Assembly (NCBI GenBank): GCA_973895155.1
Contig: OZ316894.1
Location: 7,712,234 to 7,776,233 of the forward strand
Reading direction: 5' to 3'
Source of the DNA: Marsupella aquatica
Taxonomy: Eukaryota > Plantae > Marchantiophyta
Length of the DNA stretch: 64,000 nt
Shown here: positions 47,317 to 60,049 of the stretch, in pieces
Position numbering within the stretch: the stretch's first letter is position 1
How the letters are laid out: each line of letters starts with the position of its first letter
Notes under the pieces: model-generated
Databases searched by the model: none
What the model was told of the DNA's origin: nothing
Seen by the model: the letters and a program-made list of their open reading frames with translations, nothing else
Program-made: the position numbers and the translations under genes

Positions 47317-48331
47317 CTAGGGACTAGGTGGTTGTTGCCCAAACCTTTAAATACCTTGAATCAGGCCTCTTCTTTCATCCAACACACTATGGTGCAATGG
47401 TGGACCACATAGGGAGGTGGTTGTTGCCCAAACCGTTAAATACCTTGAATCAGGCCTCCACTTTAGTCCCTGCCCAAGTGCATGATGATATAAAGTTAGA
47501 TACCTTGAATCAGGCTTACGCGTTAGTCCAGCACGCTATGGTGCAACTGTATACCACCTGGGTATACAGTTGCTGCCCAAATGGTGCGCAATGATATGAA
47601 ATTAAATACCAAGTCAGAATGAGGCCTCCACTTTACTCTAGTAGGCTATGGTGCAATGGTAGACTGCCTGGGAGGTGGAGGCTCGGGTGGAGGTGCAAAG
47701 ACGGAAACTAATTACAGGCGCACTAGTTTTTACACAAACCTCACGCAAATTGGGGTTCAAAATAAACTTTTGATAGTTAAAGAAACAAGAATATTCTCTA
47801 CTATTTGTGGGCAGCAGGTGGACGCAGCCATAAAGCATCCAAAAGCCATGAATGATTGTGCTAGCTTGGATGGACCCTCAAAACCCACACACACTCTAAA
47901 GTAAACCTTTTTAACCATAAAACAATTGTCCAGTTCATGAGAAGCTTGGGGTAAACGGTGATCATCTCACTTATGCTTGAGAACACTTCAGCTGATTTTG
48001 AAAATTACAAACATGAATATAATTAAATAATTTTGATACCTTCAAATAAAATTCACTCAATTAATTACTGTACCTTGAGGTATTTGGAAGCTTCACTCAG
48101 TATCTGGCATCAATTTTTGTTTTAAAAACTTTCTTTTTGATTATGTAATATAAAATGCATTTTGAAAACCCAAAATGACCATTGTGGTTGGAACCCTGAC
48201 CTATTTGGAGGAATTGAAAAGAAATGACCCTAACGAGAGCCAAAATTAGCCAATGCATCCACACATCGCCCAAGACGTCCTCTGCCAAGGGACCAGTCCC
48301 TATCTTTGGATGTCTCCCCGGATGTCTCTTA

Positions 48332-48674
48332 TGTTGAGCATAGACGACAATCGCAACGGTAAGCACATGACACATCCAACGATCAAGTAGTCAACACAAG
48401 AGATACATGGTTCACCTCCTCGAGGCTACGTCCACGGGAACACACAAGAAAGCTTTACTGAACTTTAAGCCTGTCGGCTATACCAAGTCTCCACAGTGTA
48501 AGTTCTCCTCATCTCTCAAGTGGCTCCATAACAATGAGCCTAAGTTCCACTTATCCAAACAAACACCGCTTGGCATATAGTGTGCATCCTAGTTAACCTA
48601 ACCACAACTCCGACTAAGGTTAGCCTAACTACGGTTACATGTCATAACCCTAGACCTTGAGTAAATACCTAACA
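48332..48674 (-). repeat. 3' LTR (343 bp), with the polypurine tract AAGGGGAAGAT adjacent at 48675-48685
   Basis: Direct repeat of 54525-54866. ATCTTCCCCTT on the + strand abuts the LTR. Confidence 0.95.
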
Positions 48675-48824
48675 ATCTTCCCCTTGACTCTGGTCTAGGG
48701 GAGGGTAATACTGCTAACCTATATGATTCGTCAGCGGGAAGTTCTGGACAAAAACCAAAATGGTTTCCCCTCTCTAACTAGAGCAAACCAGAACTAAGCT
48801 GTAGCCTATTACTAGGAGTGAAGA

Positions 48825-49151
48825 CTTGGGGGGGTCACTTCCACGGAAGTGGCACATCACGTGCGACGAAGTGTAGGCCCATTTAAATAGGTGTGGCAGA
48901 AGACTTCCAAAGTTTAGTGGAAGAACACATAGGGCATGTTTTATTGACTGGTCAACTTTAAAGAACACATAGGCCTATTTAATTGCAAAAAATACTTTCT
49001 TTAAAGTTTTTAGGGATTTTTCAATAAAAAAATGATAAAATTAAAAGAAAGAAAGGGCTTTGCAAAAGAATATTTTTCACTTATAAGTTAGGGGGGTCAA
49101 ACCCTAAAACGTCGCACGCGATGTATGGCCCTCCATATAGTGACCCCCAAG
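48825..49151. mobile_element. MITE nested in the copia 3' non-coding region
   Basis: TIRs CTTGGGGGGGTCACT / AGTGACCCCCAAG with a perfect 8-bp TSD AGTGAAGA (48817-48824, 49152-49159). Homologous to 56680-56964. Confidence 0.9.
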
Positions 49152-52100
49152 AGTGAAGAAGAGCATATATCAGTAATTACAACGAATATTAAGAAAAACT
49201 CATACTTGTGAAGCAATTGCAAAACCTACAGCACGTCACAATGTCTAGAGAAACTTTCCAAATGAATCACTTAAATGGTAACTGCGTCAGCTGGGTTGAG
49301 TTTACCGTCTATCTTGACTAGCTCAAACAAATTATCAGACACAGCCTACTTGATAAAATGGTACCTGACGTCTATGTGCTTTACTCTACTGTCCATCACC
49401 TGGTTCATAGCAAGGTGGAGCGCACTCTAACTATCACAATGGAGCTTCACATTCCCCTATGACAATCCCATTTTAGTGATAAGTCTATCTAACCAAATTG
49501 TTTCCTTCACTGCTTTCGCTGCTTCTATAGTAGACTGAGCAATACACTTCTGCAAAGTAGACCTCCAACTTATGCATCCACCGCCAAGTGTGAACACGTA
49601 CCGTGTTGTTGATCTCCTTTGGTCCAGATCTTGTCCATAGTTAGAATCTACATAGCCAGTCAATGATCTATAATTCTTTGCATTCGCATCAAATAAAAGA
49701 CCATGATCCATGATACCCTTCAAGTACCTGATAATCCACTTCACTGCTTCCCAGTGTACCTTCCCTGGATTCGACATGTACCTGCTCACCTTGCCCATGG
49801 CCATGGCAAGATCAGGTCCCCGATCAGGTCTAGTGCAAGTCATCAAATACATGAGACTTCCCACTGTCTTATATATCATAAGGAATCTTTGACATCAGCC
49901 CTTCTCTGTCGCATCTGTGGAACAAAAAACTGATGATAATTTGAAGTGTGCAGCCAAAAGGGTACTTACTGGCTTACTATCCCCCATGTTGAACCTAGCA
50001 ATTACCTTCCTCGCATAACTGCTTTGTGTCAACCATAGCTTACCAACCTCCAAGTCCCTAGTGATCTCCATACCCAAAATCCTCTTAGCTGGCCCTAGGT
50101 CCTTCATCTTAAACTCTGCACTGGGCAGTGCCTAAAGCTTAACAATCTCAGACCTATCCTTAACCGCAATAAGCATGTCATCCACATAAAGTACTAAAAC
50201 AATGAACCCAAAAACAACATTTTTCACCGGTTTCAAATATACACAAGGGTCAAATACACTCTTGTGAAAACCTTGTGACCAAATCCAATTATCAAACCAC
50301 TTGTTCCACTATCTTGGGGACTGCTTCAACCCATACAAGGATTTAAGTAATTTGCAAACCAATTCCTCCTATCCTCTCTTCACAAAACCTAGCGACTATC
50401 TCATGAAGATCACCTCTTCCAAAGTGCTATAGAGGAAAGTTGTGACAACATCCATCTGATCTAGCAGCAGACCAAATATTACAACAAGCACACACAATAG
50501 CTGTATTGTTGAGTACTTAGCAACTGGTGAGAAGATCTCATTGTAATCCACATCTTTTTCATGTGTGAATCCCTTGGCTACCAACCTAGCCTTGTAGACT
50601 TTTGATCCACCTCCTGTTGAATTATCCTTTAGCTTATAAATCCATTTGTTGTCCTCTAGTGACTGCATCTCCGTTTGTATTGTTGCAGTCCACTCCTGCT
50701 TCTCCTTTGAAGCACTTGCCTCATAAAATGAAGAAGGTTCCCATTCTTCCAAAATTAATGCATCCCCCTCATCATCAGCTGCAAAATTATCCTCTTGCAA
50801 TTGAGATGAATCAACCCACTGTCCATACCTAGGAGGAGCGCATACAATGCGACCATATGTTCTTCTAGTTGATGACTTTGGTAGAATTGTGTCTACTGGT
50901 ACAATTTGAAGCTCAACAGCATCAACAAACTCCTCTTGTTCCTCTGGCACAGGAACCAGCTTCATGCTTGGAGCACCTCCTTCTCTTCGATCATGCATTT
51001 CATGATCAATCTCTCCCTCAACGAGATCCGGGATATGAGATTTTCTTTTGTCAGTATGAGAGACCTGAGTATTCTCCCCATCCTTCAATAATCTGGATTC
51101 ATTGAAGAAAACATCCCTACTAACAACAAACTTACAGGCAATAGGATCCCATAGCCTATAGGTCTTCACACCACTCTAATACCCAAGAAAAATACATTTC
51201 TTGGATGTAAGATCCAATTTGGTCATATTCTGCTTTGGTGTGAGAGCATATGTATCATTTCCAAAAACTACCAAGCCATGATAGTCTATTTGCCGCTTAT
51301 AACGCATTTCAAATGGTGTTTTGAAATTGATTGCACTAGAAGGAGAAAAGTTTACCAAATAAGCTGTAGTATTAACAGCTTCTACCCAAAATTCCTATGG
51401 TAAACCTAATTGGCTCAGCATACTCCGTGACCGCTCCAGCAGTGTTTGATTGAGCCTCTCAACGACACCATTCTGCTGTAGAGTATAAACTATGGTGAGA
51501 TGGTAAGTTATCCCCTATTTTGCACAGTTATATTCAAATTCTATTGAAGTGTACTCTCTGCCATTGTCTGACCTTAGACTTTTTACCCTTGTATCCAAAC
51601 ACTTAACCGTGTTTCTTGTCTGATTCTCCACTTGGGCCTTCCACTTTGTCAAAATGGACAAGACATTAGACTTGTGCGTCATAAAATAAATCCATATAAA
51701 TCTTGAGTAATCGTCAATAAATGATACATAGTACAATTTTCCAGAATGTGAGGGAGTTGGGGATGGTCCCCACACGTCACTATGTATGTACTCAAGAACC
51801 GCTTTGGAATGATGAGTTCTAACACTGAAAGCACGACGATGCTGCTTTCCAAAAATGCAATGCTCACAGAAATCCAATTTACAAGATTGCAAATTAAAAA
51901 TGAGCCCATTCTTTTGCAAGATAGCCAAACCCTTCTCACTCATTTGGCCTAGCCGTGAATGCCACAGTTGAGTCATTTCCTTGTGAGACTTGGTTACATT
52001 GGCCTCTCCACATATTGTATTGTCCTGCAACACATACAGATTCTTTTGTCTGCTCCCTTTCAAAATCACTATCTCTCTCGACATGACTTGAAGTTCACCA

Positions 52101-54510
52101 TCAATTACTCGCCATTGATGACCATTTGTATCCAACATACCGAGTGAAATCAAATTTTTACGCATGCTAGCTACAAACCTAACTTCGGACACTCTGCGCA
52201 CAATGCCATCAAACATTGAATCTTTATAGACCCAATACCCTCAACTCGACATGAGTGATCATTTCCCATCAAAACTGAACCGTTTGACACAAAATAAGAA
52301 TTAAAATACTTGCAAATGTAACAAATGTGAAAGGAGCAAGCGCAATCAAGAATTTGTCCTCCTAGATGATGTGCATAGGGCATAATCCTGGCTTCATAAA
52401 ACATACTCATCATTGAGTAAATGAACTTCTTCATCAGCACTAGCCACATTGGCTGATGAAGATTCAACTGCCTTACCCTTACAATCCCTCTTAACGTGAC
52501 CAACCTTATAACACTTCCAGCAGACTACTAGCTTTCTCTTCGGAGACTTCCCCCTTGAAGCAAATCTTGTCCTAGATTTACTTTGTTCCTTGCCATTCGT
52601 GAGCTACTCGGGACGCCGTTGTGACCTCCCACAATTCACATTCAAGGCAACACCAGATAATGATGCTATCTGGGCTTGACCCAATTTCTTTTATGCATCA
52701 TCTGACAGCAAAGAGCTTACCACCTCATCGTATGAAATAAACTTCAGGTCTCTATACAAGAGAACCTGTTTCAAACCCTGATAAGATGGGGGTAAGGAGC
52801 TGAGAAGAAGCAAGGCCTTGTCCTCTTCTTCAAGGCTCTTATCGAGATTAGATAAATCAATAGCTAGGCTGTCAAATTCATCCAAGTGATCCTAGAGCTT
52901 GTTCCCCTCTTTGAGCCTAAGGCTCATCAAGAGAGACTTCTTGTACAATTGGTCTGATGCATCCTCCCGATAGTACTTCTCCCTTAGGGCTTTGAATAGA
53001 GATGCACAATCTTCGTAGTCATCCAACTTTTTGATGATATGCGACTTCAGATAAAGCATCATCGCATTCATTGCAATTATTTGTTCCTGCCTTCACCTCT
53101 TTAGTGAAATCTCCTCCTCATCATCGTACATCCCTCGCGTAGAGAGAAGATGATCTAGGCCCATAGCACAAAGAACTTCTTTCACTTATTTCTTCCAAAA
53201 CAAGTAGTCCGTACGCCCATCATACTTGTCTACCTCAAACTTGACACCTCCAAACCTGGATACCATCTCTTTTCCTTTCACAACCCCCTCTACTTGCTGC
53301 ACCGGTGATCATACCGATGTCACCGGTATGATCACCGGTGACATCGGTATGATCACCTCAAACCATCGTGGTGATCTTTGTGCTTCAAGCTCCACGTCTT
53401 TGAAAATCTCCTCCGAATCACTCATGTGAGAATGCAAAAAAAATTGAAATTTTCTCAACTTCTTAAAAAAACTCAAAACTTATCACTGCCGCCTAGCTCA
53501 CAAGCCTAGCTCTCCAATGCTGAAAACCATAATCAAAACCGAACTTCGACGTAAAACTTATTCACTTTTTGGTTGAGGTGAGTAAAACTTGGAATTCTCC
53601 CCCGTTTTGATCACCTCGGGGAATAACCAAAATGTGAACTAGTACCCGACGTTGGAAATGCAATTTGATTGATGCACCAGTGGCCAACTCCAATGGCTAC
53701 CTCCTTGCCGAAGATGAACAAAAACAATTACCAAGAGAGAGAGAGCCATAAATGGAGTATTTTTTGAACAAAAAATTGGCCAGTAAGAAATCCAAAAATG
53801 CTTGTGGAAATCAAACCAAAAGAGCTTGCACCTTGTAACGTTTGGATTATGGTGAGGAATCAAAAGCCAATGCCGATGAGTTGGAATGATTTGCGCACCC
53901 GCACCGTTTGTTGGTCAATCAATGGCAAAAGTTCAGAACTCCTTCCTCCCATGGGCAAAAACATCAATCTTGCACTCAAAAGGATCATCTCTTCCTGATC
54001 TCTCCGTTCAGACCAAGCACTTCACGTCTCTCCCTCTGAGTTAAGCGCAATGACGAGAAACCCCGCTCAGGCAAAACAAGACTCCATACTCGGTCAGAAA
54101 ATCAGAATGTTTCTTTTGCTCGTTGCGACGCACTCGTTACACACTCGACAAAAAACCATCTACCAAAACAATCTACAAGCAAAGCTACAACATGCAACAC
54201 CTCATGCACCACAAGGCTCACACCGTCAAAAAAATGAACTCTGGTCCCTCCTTCAAAAAACCGTCGAACACGAATGTTGCCAACTTTCTTCACAAAATCC
54301 AGAACAACAAAAACTTAGATCTCTCCGCACCACAAACTCCATTCAACAATTTCATTGCACCGTTAGAAAGCCCTTGCCCCGATCTATCCGTTGAGCCCAT
54401 AAACTCTAAGTTCCACACGACGAAAGTCTGGAAAATCCACCGACACTCAACGCTGGAAAAAACCGTCACAAAAATCTTGTCACGAACAATGTCACCTCCT
54501 AGGCATGCAT

Positions 54511-54522
54511 GCTCTGATACCA
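54511..54522 (-). promoter_or_regulatory. Primer binding site complementary to tRNA-iMet
   Basis: TGGTATCAGAGC on the minus strand, 2 nt from the 5' LTR. Confidence 0.95.
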
Positions 54523-54524
54523 AT

Positions 54525-54866
54525 TGTTGAGCATAGACGACAATCGCAACGATAAGCACATGACACATCCAACAATCAAGTAGGTTATACAAGAGATACG
54601 TGGTTCACCTCCTCGAGGCTACGTCCACGGGATTACACAAGAAAGCTTTACTGAACTCTAACTTGTTAGCTATACCAAGTCTCCATAGTGTAAGCTCTCC
54701 TCATCTCTCAAGTGGCCCCATAACAATGAGCCTAAGTTTTACTTATCCAAGCAAACACCGCTTGGCATATAGTGTACATCCTAGTTAACCTAACCACAAT
54801 TTTGACTATGGTTAGACTAACTATGGTTACATGTCGTAACCCTAGACCTCAAGTAAATACCTAACA
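54525..54866 (-). repeat. 5' LTR (342 bp)
   Basis: About 30 differences from the 3' LTR by eye (~9%), mostly C/T and G/A transitions. Confidence 0.95.
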
Positions 54867-54870
54867 TCTT

Positions 54871-55037
54871 ACCCTTACAATAGGGTGTCTCAAAACTTGA
54901 ACTTTGCGGAAAAAGTGACGACCAAAACTACCAGTTTTGTTCACGGGTCAGGAGTGTGCAAACACACATTTTTGTGTCCAACACTAACGACAACCAGAGA
55001 CAGAAAGGGGAGATTTGAGACACCCCATTGTAGGGGT
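54871..55037. mobile_element. Small fold-back element (about 165 bp) abutting the copia insertion site
   Basis: ACCCTTACAATAGGGTGTCTCAAA versus reverse-complemented ACCCCTACAATGGGGTGTCTCAAA (22/24). No clear TSD. Confidence 0.6.
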
Positions 55038-56679
55038 GTGGCTGGGAATCCTGGGACAAAGGTAACTAGGAATTTCAAGAAAACCAATTTTAAAATTACC
55101 GGCCCTGTACCTCCTCTGCCAATGGGGCACCCCCAGCTGCTGGTGTCCGGTAGTCTCTCACCGGGAGAGTGGCCTGAGCCGATCAGATACTGCTTTGATG
55201 CGGTGGGGCCCTCATCAAACTCCCGGTTGCTTGAGTATAGGAGCAGAAGAGCAGGTACAATGTCGTTCAATTTTTGACTTGTAACAAAGGACAATTGAAA
55301 GCAAAAATGGGATGACCAAGAACCTAACAATCATAATGTGTCTCACATAGGCATACTTCTGTTTCCGGTGTGAGCAAGAGCATTGTTGGCCTGTTCATGC
55401 CAGGCATGACCCAAATCCGTACTAATGGTCCATCTCTCGATTATGTCTACATACATTTGTGACTCCGACTATAACTCATTTTTCCTAAAACCTAGCCCAA
55501 GGTGTTTTTGGGGTTTGAGATGCATCACAACCTGAAATCCTCATTTAACTCACTATCATTGGATTTTTTGAATTTGGCCATTCTTCTGAAGGGTGCAGAC
55601 AATTTTTGAAGACTGACGCATTTGTGCAGGATGATTTTTGTTGCGATGTCGGTGCACTGACCACCCGAGTAAGTGGTGCTAGCGGTTATTGGGAGCTGCA
55701 GATTTATGACCTGTTTCCCCATCCATAGCAGTCTAGTCACATAAAATTTCCACGGAACAGCTGGTTTAAGACGCCACAATAAACACTTCACCGGCTGATG
55801 AGATTCATTCTCTTCTCTACAAGCACTTCTATTACAACTCAGATCACACTAAGACCTAGAAATTCTTGAACAAAACATATGCTCGTTAGTATAATTATGT
55901 GATTGTGTTGTATGAGAAATGGTACTATATATGCCATAGTGCCACCTGATTTTGTGCAAATTTTTTTTCTTTCAAAAAAGCTAATCATACTTTTAAATAT
56001 TGTTTGAGTGACCCAAAGAGAAAGTAAAGCCGACCAATGGGTTTGATGTGAAGCCCACATGGATTTCCAAAGCTGGGATGGACTGACTCAGAACATCAAA
56101 ATCTGCTTGGATAGCACTCTTTACTGTTTTGATTCATATGTGACCTGAAAACAAGCTCTTGACCATTTGCAACTGGTTTCCATTAATATGCGCGGTGGTA
56201 AGTTGTGGCTCTTACAAACTACTCAGGGTGTCATTCTTAAAAGTGAAACGTCCTTTCTGAAAGTGGTCAGTTGGTGCTCGTGCCCAAGTACTCAGGTCGT
56301 TCTCCACAAAAGTGAAATGTCCATTGGCGGTTAGTTTATAATATTTGACCATCATTCATCGGTAATGGAGCAAATGGTTTCAGACAAAATGAAAATTTGT
56401 TAGGTAATAGATTGGACATCAAAGCTGATCGAAACATAGATCCAAAGGTTGTTTAAACAGATGCACAAGTTTGTTGAGAACTAGCATTTCACAGTTGGTC
56501 AAGACACCTGGAAAAACTACTCCGGGCGTCCTTCTCAAAAATGGAGCATCCTTCTAAAGATAGCCCAACAATGTGGATTCTGCTTGTAAAGTGAAGAAGT
56601 GTGTGCCATAGTACATGGGGTTGGGCAAAACAAACCCCTCGGTCTATCTCGGCTTAACTTTTGAGCCAAAGAACAAAAC

Positions 56680-56964
56680 CTTGGGGGTTTCACTTCCACA
56701 AAAATGGCACATCATGTGCGATGAAGTATGGGGACATTTTATTGGTTTGAAAGGAAGCCTTAAATTTTTTTTGAGAAGAACAATAGGGTCTTTTAAATCC
56801 AATTTTGAGACTTATAAGAACATTAGGGTCCTTATAACCAAAACTTTGGAATATTCTAACTTTATGGAGGTTGAAAAATAACATTTTTTCTTATATTTTA
56901 GGGGGTCCGAGGCCTAAAAACATCGCAGGTGATGGGGAGGCATCCATATAATGAGACCCCCGAG
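56680..56964. mobile_element. MITE, same family as 48825-49151
   Basis: Ends CTTGGGGGTTTCACTTCCAC / GAGACCCCCGAG with a perfect 8-bp TSD AACAAAAC (56672-56679, 56965-56972). Shares the internal blocks GGCACATCA.GTGCGA.GAAGT and CCTAAAA..TCGCA. Confidence 0.88.
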
Positions 56965-57695
56965 AACAAAACAATCAATCAATGGACGTATAGTGTGAAA
57001 TCTTCGAAAATCATCTTTTTAAGTTGAAAATTAAAAAATATGATTTAAATAAAGAGTGAATAGAAAACAAATAAAGAGGCAATGAGTGGAAACCCTCATT
57101 AGCTAATTGATGTTTTAGAAGATGAAAAGTAAGAAAGAATGACTTAGAGAGTGAAATTATTATGAAACTACTATATGGTGAATCCATCTTTTAGATTTTG
57201 TCTTATTCATATTTTGTGTTCAATATTTGAATTTTAATGTGCCTTAACAAGGTGAATCATTTGTATTAATTTGATTTTGAATTAATTTTTAGACCCCTTT
57301 TAATTTTAGTGAATTTAGAGTATTTTGAATATATTTGGCTCCCCTCCTAAATGTTTAATTTTTCCTTTTCAATCATTCCTTAACTTTTTTCTCATGAGAG
57401 TGACACAAATGAATTTGAACAATGTGCACATCTTGTGTATTAAGTTCCTACTCATGGTTTCCTTTGCAAAATTTATGGTTTTAATTGAGTTGATTGTCCC
57501 TACCTAGAAGCAAGTGCAAATCTTTACTGTATGTGCACAATTCTTTAGTACCTTTGTACTTTCTTGGTTATAATGTGCTTTTTTGGCATGTGAAAGGTGT
57601 CACTCAATCTTTGATATCACTTACTCTTAATTAACAGATATTAATTTATTGGCATATAGTTTACTAAATATCTTTATTATTTTCTAAATAGTTAT

Positions 57696-57900
57696 ATCTT
57701 TATTATTTTCTAAACTAAATGAATATGTCTCAATTGAAATCTAAATAAATTAGATTACCAAAATTTATTAGTATTTTTAAATTATTAATATAATAAAATC
57801 ATTGTAGGGGTGTGGCTGGGAATCCTGGGACAAAGGTAACTAGGAATTTCAAGAAAACCAATTTTAAAATTACCGGCCCTGTACCTCCTCTGCCAATGGG
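57696..57900. repeat. Junction made of a perfect 96-bp inverted copy of 61404-61499 and a perfect 101-bp direct copy of 55026-55126
   Basis: 57696-57791 equals the reverse complement of 61404-61499. 57800-57900 equals 55026-55126. An 8-nt filler separates them. Confidence 0.92.
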
Positions 57901-60049
57901 ACTTTTATCATAAAATAAGTCAAATGAATTACATATCACTACAAGACAAAAATAGAGGCATGTTCAAGGATGAACATGCTATATAAAGGAATGAAATGGT
58001 AATGAATGCAAATCTATATTAAATGAAAAAAGAGAAAAGAATAAGACCACTTTATTAGCAAAAGCCATCTCAAACTTAGAGTACCAATTGATGCAAGTTT
58101 TTCTTGCATTATTGATAACACAACTTTAGCCATCTATAAAGATTTCTTTTTACAGCCACCGGTCCTGCAAAGATTGGAGAAGAAACTCTCTTGCATTGTG
58201 TAAATCTTCTTCACCCTCACAAGAAACACCTCATTTGGAAACTAAGATGCTCAAAAGGACTCATCAAATAAAGTTTTAATATATTGATAGGTTTATTGAT
58301 AAGCCAACATTCCATGGCATAACAACTAGGGGCCTCCACAAAATATATGATTTGACGGTCTTTGTCATATTTTGCTCTACCTAGGACAACCCCCCAATGG
58401 AAGTGTGCTTCAATGGTTAGAGTATGAGTCATTTAATTTGAAGATTTGTAAAAAATGTGTCCGTAAAGTCTCAAAAGATAAAATCAAGATGAATGAAGAT
58501 TGCAAAAAATAACATTGGTTCACTGAGCTTACACAAAACTTTCAAGAGCTTCTAGAGTGTGTAGTCAAATGGCAGTACAGTAAGATACCTGAGCACTTAT
58601 AGAGTACTTTGTGGTACCTCAAACAAGATTGACAACTCATGTTTGGCAAGTTCATCTTGTGTTCCCCATTTGTGCAGTTACAGGACACAACTTTAATGAC
58701 CAAATTGTTTTGTGCAAGGTTATCACATTAATTTTAAACTCCAAAGTACTGATTTGTGAACTAGTGTATATCACAAAAATCATTTCAGAGTCATTTTAAT
58801 GATTCTTGAAAACATGATAAATTATTGTAAATTTTTTCACCTACTTTATGTCCTTTCTATAACTCAGTCAATAATGTTCACTTAAATATTGGATATATAA
58901 TTATAGTGATGTACATGATATCAATGACTTTTTAAAAAATAAATAAAATGATAAATAAAAAATGATAAAAAATGAAAATTTTCTTGTAATAGTTTACATT
59001 CTTTTGAAAGTGACTATATATATATATTCAATGTTTGTCAATTTCATATATGTTTCTACATATTATCCATCTGGATGTCAAGTATATATACAACCCACCT
59101 TAATTGTGATGTGGAGAGAGGAGTCTGTTTTATTTTGCAAAAGTTAATCTTCTAAAGAACATGATTCGTCAAGGTACCAAAGAACTCATCTGGACTCTGT
59201 TGGTGATTTATAGATGACTATTTTAAAGTTTCCTTTCGTGTTGATGAGTAAGTTTGGCATTTTTCTTCCTATCGCACAAGATTTTTGCATTTATTTAGAG
59301 GGCACTCGTTGCAACTTCAAAGAGCAATGAATAGACCACTCTATCTCTACTTCAAGGTGGTGGGTTGAATGACTATGGTCCTTGTCAAGTGATTTTTCTC
59401 CACGTGTATGTCTTAATACACCATTACAAGCAAAATTGAGCGGTGCAAACAATTCAAAATCTTGACAAAGTCAATGTGTGTCATTAATAATTCAATACAC
59501 TACTTAAAAATAATATCAAAGATATAAGTCTAAGTTATGAGCTACATTATCTCCCAAATGTATTGGGGACCTTATGTATCTAATCCTTCACATTTATGGT
59601 TATAAGTTGCATTATTAACTTCTATAATAAACAGTTGCGCCTTTTTATAGCGTGGTCGTCATTTGAATTTGAAGGGCACAAAAATTAAAGAAGCTAACCA
59701 AGAGAAGGAATAAACTAAAATTTTATTATATTTGATGTAAAGTAAAGAGTGACACGTTTTCCAAGCAATAAATAGAGGGGAATGCCAGGAATGACAATGC
59801 ACAATAATGAGTACTTTATGGACCATCTATGTACTTTATGTACCATTTAAGTATAGTTCTATACGCCATGATAATCTATGTCATAAGATTGATTACAAAT
59901 ATTACATACTGTAATAAAAAATATCAAAACCAAAAAATAGTACAAAAGAGGTAAAAGAGGGGGGGGGGAGTAAAAAATGAAAAATACAAAAACAAAAATA
60001 AATTTTAGCTGATAATACGTTGTGGCTGTTGTTACTCATTTTTTACCCC

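Larger units (their letters stand above)
45822..47660 (+). repeat. Cluster of diverged repeats (core AATACCTTGAATCAGG, with TGATGATATGAAGTT and CTATGGTGCAA modules) interrupted by insertions
   Basis: Core seen near 45838, 46964, 47350, 47439 and 47500, with a partial copy near 47604. One copy is split by a 1.07-kb insert (45885-46953) and another by the MITE at 47032. Confidence 0.75.
48332..54866 (-). mobile_element. Full-length, decayed Ty1/copia LTR retrotransposon (Tnt1/Tork-like), 6.5 kb
   Basis: 5' LTR 54866-54525, 3' LTR 48674-48332 (TG..CA), TSD TCTTA (48327-48331, 54867-54871). Domain order on the minus strand is gag (KFEVDKYDG, CWKCYKVGHVKRDC), protease (ILDCACSFHIC), integrase (LWHSRLG, IHSDVWGP, FIDDYSR, LRSDNGREY), RT (YKARLVAKGF, LYVDDML), RNase H (GYVDS, KHIDVRYHF). 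Many stops and frameshifts. Confidence 0.97.
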
